DNA of 40,708 bases, taken from the NCBI GenBank assembly GCA_964421215.1, contig CAYQWA010000041.1, forward strand, positions 1 through 40,708, read 5' to 3'. Made by a program: the position numbers and the translations under genes. Source of the DNA: an uncultured Bacteroidales bacterium (GTDB lineage: Bacteria; Bacteroidota; Bacteroidia; Bacteroidales; JAADJA01). The notes beneath the pieces are model-generated. The model saw nothing but the letters and a program-made list of their open reading frames with translations, ran no database searches and was not told the DNA's origin. Of the stretch, positions 37,011-40,708 are shown in pieces; position 1 is the stretch's first letter, and every line of letters begins with the position of its first letter.

Positions 37011-37057
37011 GCCTTTGCTGTACTTTGCGGTTTATCTTACCGGCCTTTGCGTGAAAT
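37011..37057. repeat. Right-flank repeats of the GxxExxY element: three CTTTGC words (37013-37018, 37024-37029, 37046-37051). CTTTGCGTGAAA (37045-37056) is the exact reverse complement of 36583-36594.
   Basis: A perfect 12-bp inverted repeat brackets the 378-bp gene. Three GCAAAG words upstream mirror the three CTTTGC words downstream. Confidence 0.6.
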
Positions 37058-37135
37058 AAAAAATATAACACTACATTGGCATTGATTGACAATGATAAAA
37101 AATGGATAAATAAACTAAAATATAATTATACATTT

Positions 37136-37984
37136 ATGCTTACCCGAAGAAACTTTGTCAAAGGCATTGCTGCTGCAGGAGCAGCAAGCCTTGTATTACC
37201 TGAACAACTATTTGCTATGCCCACAGATAAAAAAATAGGTATACAACTTTATAGCATTCACAACCTTGTGAACAGTGATCTGAACGGCTCACTGGAAAAA
37301 CTGGCAGGAATAGGATACAATACAATTGAAACAGCTGGATACGGTGACCGGAAGTTTTATGGCCATGCCCCCGAAGCTTTCAGAAGTCTGGCATTAGGAT
37401 TTGGAATAGAACCCTTAAGCAGTCATAGTAATGTAAAGCTTGACAATGCCGAACAAACCATTGATGATGCCGCTGCTGCAGGCATGAAATATGTTGTTAA
37501 ACCATCCATTCCTGAAGATAAACGGCAAACCATTAATGATTATCGTAAACTGGCTGAGGAATTTAACGAGATTGGAAAACTCTGTAAAAAAGCAAAACTA
37601 ACCTTTGCTTACCACAACCATGCATTTGAATTTGCGAAGATCGACGGACAGATCCCCTATGATGTATTGCTCAATAATACTGATCCCGACCTGGTAACCA
37701 TGCAAATGGACACTTACTGGGTATTTTACGGAGGACACAAGCCGGTTGATTATATCAAAAAATACCCCGGTAGGTTTAAACTGTGGCATGTTAAAGACAT
37801 GGCTCCTGGCCTAAAACGAGAAAGTACTGAGATTGGAAGTGGAATGATTGATTTTCCGGCAATATTTAATCTAAGGGAAGAATCCGGAATGGAATATTAT
37901 TTCCTTGAGCAGGAACATTTTTCGATGGATCACTGGGAAAGCCTTGCCATTAGTTTCAAATACATGAACACCTTACCTCAATAG
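37136..37984 (+). CDS. Sugar phosphate isomerase/epimerase (xylose-isomerase-like TIM barrel) with a Tat signal. The start is taken at the internal ATG at 37136 (MLTRRNFVKG..).
   Basis: Twin-arginine motif TRRNFVKGIAAAGAASLVLPEQLFA. TIM-barrel motifs ..GYNTIETAGY.., ..AYHNHAFEF.., ..WHVKD... The ORF track starts 20 codons earlier at 37076. Confidence 0.75.
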   Translation: MLTRRNFVKGIAAAGAASLVLPEQLFAMPTDKKIGIQLYSIHNLVNSDLNGSLEKLAGIGYNTIETAGYGDRKFYGHAPEAFRSLALGFGIEPLSSHSNVKLDNAEQTIDDAAAAGMKYVVKPSIPEDKRQTINDYRKLAEEFNEIGKLCKKAKLTFAYHNHAFEFAKIDGQIPYDVLLNNTDPDLVTMQMDTYWVFYGGHKPVDYIKKYPGRFKLWHVKDMAPGLKRESTEIGSGMIDFPAIFNLREESGMEYYFLEQEHFSMDHWESLAISFKYMNTLPQ

Positions 37985-37986
37985 AC

Positions 37987-39039
37987 ATGAGAAAAAAAAT
38001 CCAAACAGCCATAGTAGGATACGGTTTGTCAGGCCAGGCATTTCATGCACCTTTTCTTCATGTACATGATGGTTTCCAATTAAACAAAGTAGTTGAAAGA
38101 AATCGAACAGATTCCAAAAAGGCTTATCCTTATGTTGAGGTGGTAAAAAATCTGGGTTTTATTCTCGATGATCCTGAAATTGATATGGTGGTAATTTGTA
38201 CGCCCAATGTTTACCACTATGAACAAACAAAGAAATGCCTGGAGGCTGGAAAACATGTAGTTATTGAAAAACCGTTCATGCCAACAGCCAAAGAATGTGA
38301 TGAGATCATCGAGCTTGCAGAATCAAAAGGTTTGCAATTGTTTGTTTACCATAACAGGAGATGGGATGGAGATTTTCAAACCATTCAGAAAGTATACAGG
38401 AGTGGGGTGTTGGGCGATATTCAATACTTTGAAGCTCACTTCGACCGGTGGGCACCTGAGAGAACCAGAGCAACCTGGCGCGATGAGGATAATCCTGGAA
38501 GTGGGGTTTTATTTGACCTTGGTCCTCATTTGATCGACCAGGCATTAACGCTATTTGGTAATCCAGATTATTTGATGGCTGATATTCTGTCCCAGAGAAA
38601 GGGAAGCATGGTGGACGACTATTTTAAGATCAATCTTTTTTATCCGGAAACTGAAGTGGTTTTAACTGCAGGAGTGATGGTAAAGGATCACGAATTGCGC
38701 TATATCATTCATGGTAACGCCGGTTCTTTTATTAAATACGGAATTGATACACAGGAAGCTCAGTTAAGAAAAGGGTCATTACCCACGAAACAGAATTGGG
38801 GACTTGATGATCCGAAAAATTTCGGACTGATCACCCTTGATGACGAAAGTGAAGATTTTGATGGTACCGTTGAAACGCTTCCCGGCAACTACATGGGATT
38901 TTATGAAAATGTGTACAATGTTCTTGTTAATAATGGATCACAAGCTGTTAAGCCAATTGAAGCCCGAAATGTGATCCGCCTGATCGAATTGGCATTTGTA
39001 AGTAACAGAATGGGAGAAAGGGTGAAGTTCGAGGGATAA
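37987..39039 (+). CDS. Gfo/Idh/MocA family oxidoreductase, cytoplasmic (no signal peptide).
   Basis: Rossmann motif IQTAIVGYGLSG. ..MVVICTPNVYHYE.., EKPFMPTAKE... 350 aa. Its start lies 3 nt after the upstream stop. Confidence 0.8.
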   Translation: MRKKIQTAIVGYGLSGQAFHAPFLHVHDGFQLNKVVERNRTDSKKAYPYVEVVKNLGFILDDPEIDMVVICTPNVYHYEQTKKCLEAGKHVVIEKPFMPTAKECDEIIELAESKGLQLFVYHNRRWDGDFQTIQKVYRSGVLGDIQYFEAHFDRWAPERTRATWRDEDNPGSGVLFDLGPHLIDQALTLFGNPDYLMADILSQRKGSMVDDYFKINLFYPETEVVLTAGVMVKDHELRYIIHGNAGSFIKYGIDTQEAQLRKGSLPTKQNWGLDDPKNFGLITLDDESEDFDGTVETLPGNYMGFYENVYNVLVNNGSQAVKPIEARNVIRLIELAFVSNRMGERVKFEG

Positions 39040-39138
39040 ATGTAGTTAATGGTTAATAAATAAATATGTGTGAAGTTGATTAATTAGTAGTGATAGGTAA
39101 GTTGGAGCAAAACATTAAATAAAAATAAATATCCAATC

Positions 39139-40635
39139 ATGAATTCAAGCAAAGAAAATGAAAAATTTACCCTGAGCCGACGTAAGTTTATCGGTAGTGT
39201 AGCGACAGCTGCTGCAGGGTTTACTATCCTTCCAAGTACTGTTATAGGTGGGCTTGGGCATCGTATGCCCAGCGATAAACTGAACATTGCAGGAGTTGGG
39301 GTTGGTGGTGTGGGAGCCACCAATATAAAAAATTGTGCAATGGAAAATATCGTCGCCCTTTGCGATGTTGACTGGCATTATGCAAAAGGCACTTTTGAAA
39401 AGTATCCCGATGCGAAAAAGTACAAGGACTTCAGGAAGATGTTTGAAGAAATGGGCGACAAGATCGATGCTGTTGTGATCGCCACTCCGGACCATACACA
39501 TGCTACTGTAGCGGCTATGGCCATGAAAATGGGTAAACATGTTTATGTTCAAAAACCTTTAACACACTCAGTTTACGAATCAAGAGTCCTTAGGAATCTG
39601 GCCAACGAATATAAGGTGGCCACCCAAATGGGTAACCAGGGAAATACAGGAGAAGGTATTCGTCAAACCTGTGAATGGATCTGGGACGGAGCAATTGGTG
39701 AAGTTGAAGAAGTACATGCCTGGACAAATCGACCAATCTGGCCACAGGGCCTTGAAAGGCCATTGGAAACACCCTCATTACCTCCTACATTGGACTGGGA
39801 TTCATTTATAGGACCAGCACCGTGGCGTCCTTACCATCCAGCTTATACACCATGGAACTGGAGAGCATGGTGGGACTTCGGAACAGGAGCTTTAGGTGAT
39901 ATGGCCTGTCATATTGTAGATCCGGCATTTTGGGCATTGAAACTGGGGCATCCAACAAGTATCCAGGGAAGCTCTTCTCAGGTAAATACTGAAAGTGCTC
40001 CGCTTTCAGAAGTTGTTCATTACGAATTTCCAGATAGAGGTAAGGTTGGAAAAATTAAACTTCCTCCTCTAAAGATGACCTGGTATGATGGTGGTCATAT
40101 GCCTCCCAGACCAGATGAATTGCCAGATGGTCAGATAATGGGCGATCGCAGCGGTGGTGTACTTTTCGTTGGAAGCAAAGGAAAGCTGATGACCGGCTGC
40201 TATGGAAGGAACCCTATTTTATTACCTGGTGAACTGGATGAAGATTATAAACGTCCGGAACCTAGTATCCGGAGGATAGCAGACAACTGGGCCGGCGGAC
40301 ATGAAGGTGACTGGCTCAGAGCATGTAAAGAAAGTCCGGAAAGTCGTGTTGAAACCAGTTCAAACTTCAATTATTCCGGACCACTGAATGAAATGGTTGT
40401 TATGGGTAACCTGGCTGTAAGGCTTCAGGACCTCAAACGAAAACTGTTGTGGGATGGAGAAAACATGAGGATCACAAACATCGGCGATGAAGATGAGATT
40501 CGTGTTGTAACAACTGATGCATTTAACGTTATCGACGGACATCCTCATTTTGATACCCAATATGCAACCATAAAAGCCAAACCGGCTGCCGAAGAGTATA
40601 TTAAACATACGTATAGAAACGGTTGGACATTATAA
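39139..40635 (+). CDS. Gfo/Idh/MocA family oxidoreductase with a strong Tat signal (periplasmic).
   Basis: Twin-arginine motif SRRKFIGSVATAAAGFTILPSTVIG. Rossmann motif LNIAGVGVGGVGA. ..VVIATPDHTHA.., QKPLTHSV.., ..WRAWWDFGTGALGD... 498 aa. Confidence 0.8.
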   Translation: MNSSKENEKFTLSRRKFIGSVATAAAGFTILPSTVIGGLGHRMPSDKLNIAGVGVGGVGATNIKNCAMENIVALCDVDWHYAKGTFEKYPDAKKYKDFRKMFEEMGDKIDAVVIATPDHTHATVAAMAMKMGKHVYVQKPLTHSVYESRVLRNLANEYKVATQMGNQGNTGEGIRQTCEWIWDGAIGEVEEVHAWTNRPIWPQGLERPLETPSLPPTLDWDSFIGPAPWRPYHPAYTPWNWRAWWDFGTGALGDMACHIVDPAFWALKLGHPTSIQGSSSQVNTESAPLSEVVHYEFPDRGKVGKIKLPPLKMTWYDGGHMPPRPDELPDGQIMGDRSGGVLFVGSKGKLMTGCYGRNPILLPGELDEDYKRPEPSIRRIADNWAGGHEGDWLRACKESPESRVETSSNFNYSGPLNEMVVMGNLAVRLQDLKRKLLWDGENMRITNIGDEDEIRVVTTDAFNVIDGHPHFDTQYATIKAKPAAEEYIKHTYRNGWTL

Positions 40636-40708
40636 GATAGAGTTGTTACACAGAGCTTCCTATAGATTTGTCCAATCAGAAAAGATGATTAACTTTCATT
40701 GATTTTCT

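Overview
This 40.7-kb AT-rich chromosomal window is almost certainly from a member of Bacteroidota. The evidence is two secreted proteins with T9SS C-terminal sorting domains, a tmRNA whose tag reads GENNYALAA, a GxxExxY gene, TAnnTTTG -7 promoter boxes 20-35 nt upstream of start codons, and no Shine-Dalgarno sequences. The window is gene-dense, with 33 supported CDSs plus one tmRNA. I found no rRNA, no tRNA, no CRISPR array and no transposase or integrase.

Gene content, left to right:
- an MscS-type mechanosensitive channel, an unknown ORF and a DUF2027/Smr protein;
- a large T9SS substrate, convergent with ssrA (tmRNA);
- a sigma-54 enhancer-binding protein with no DNA-binding domain;
- a lolD-like ABC ATPase and a 989-aa internally repeated TPR protein;
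- a cation/proton antiporter, a flavin reductase, and a divergent pair made of a cysteine synthase with a Cys-rich C-terminal tail and a class-V cysteine-desulfurase-like PLP enzyme;
- an NfeD(YqiJ)/flotillin(YqiK) pair, YjbQ, and a GtrA/GT2 pair;
- a four-gene minus-strand module: sensor kinase, OmpR-type regulator, then two tandem paralogous ~940-aa proteins with an N-terminal class-III nucleotidyl cyclase, about three TM helices and a long TPR region;
- an 8-kb cluster for what looks like the periplasmic glycoside 3-oxidation (3-keto-glycoside) pathway: a lipoprotein with two DUF1080 domains, three Gfo/Idh/MocA oxidoreductases (two with Tat signals), a Tat-signal xylose-isomerase-like TIM-barrel enzyme, and DoxX, DUF2007-TM and zinc-ribbon accessory genes. 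A GxxExxY gene flanked by 12-bp inverted repeats is inserted inside this cluster.

Non-coding structure not explained by the genes:
- a dispersed family of AT-rich palindromic intergenic repeats at four or more loci, with one 26-bp word identical at two of them;
- twin 18-bp palindromes centred on CATGAAAATTTTCATG, spaced 33 bp apart, in the divergent sigma-54 EBP/lolD promoter region;
- several hairpins and terminators.

The three strongest candidates for a novel or recently described system are the cyclase-TM-TPR signalling module, the 3-keto-glycoside cluster with its embedded IR-flanked GxxExxY element, and the sulfur-handling pair (cysteine synthase with a Cys-rich tail, plus the desulfurase-like enzyme).
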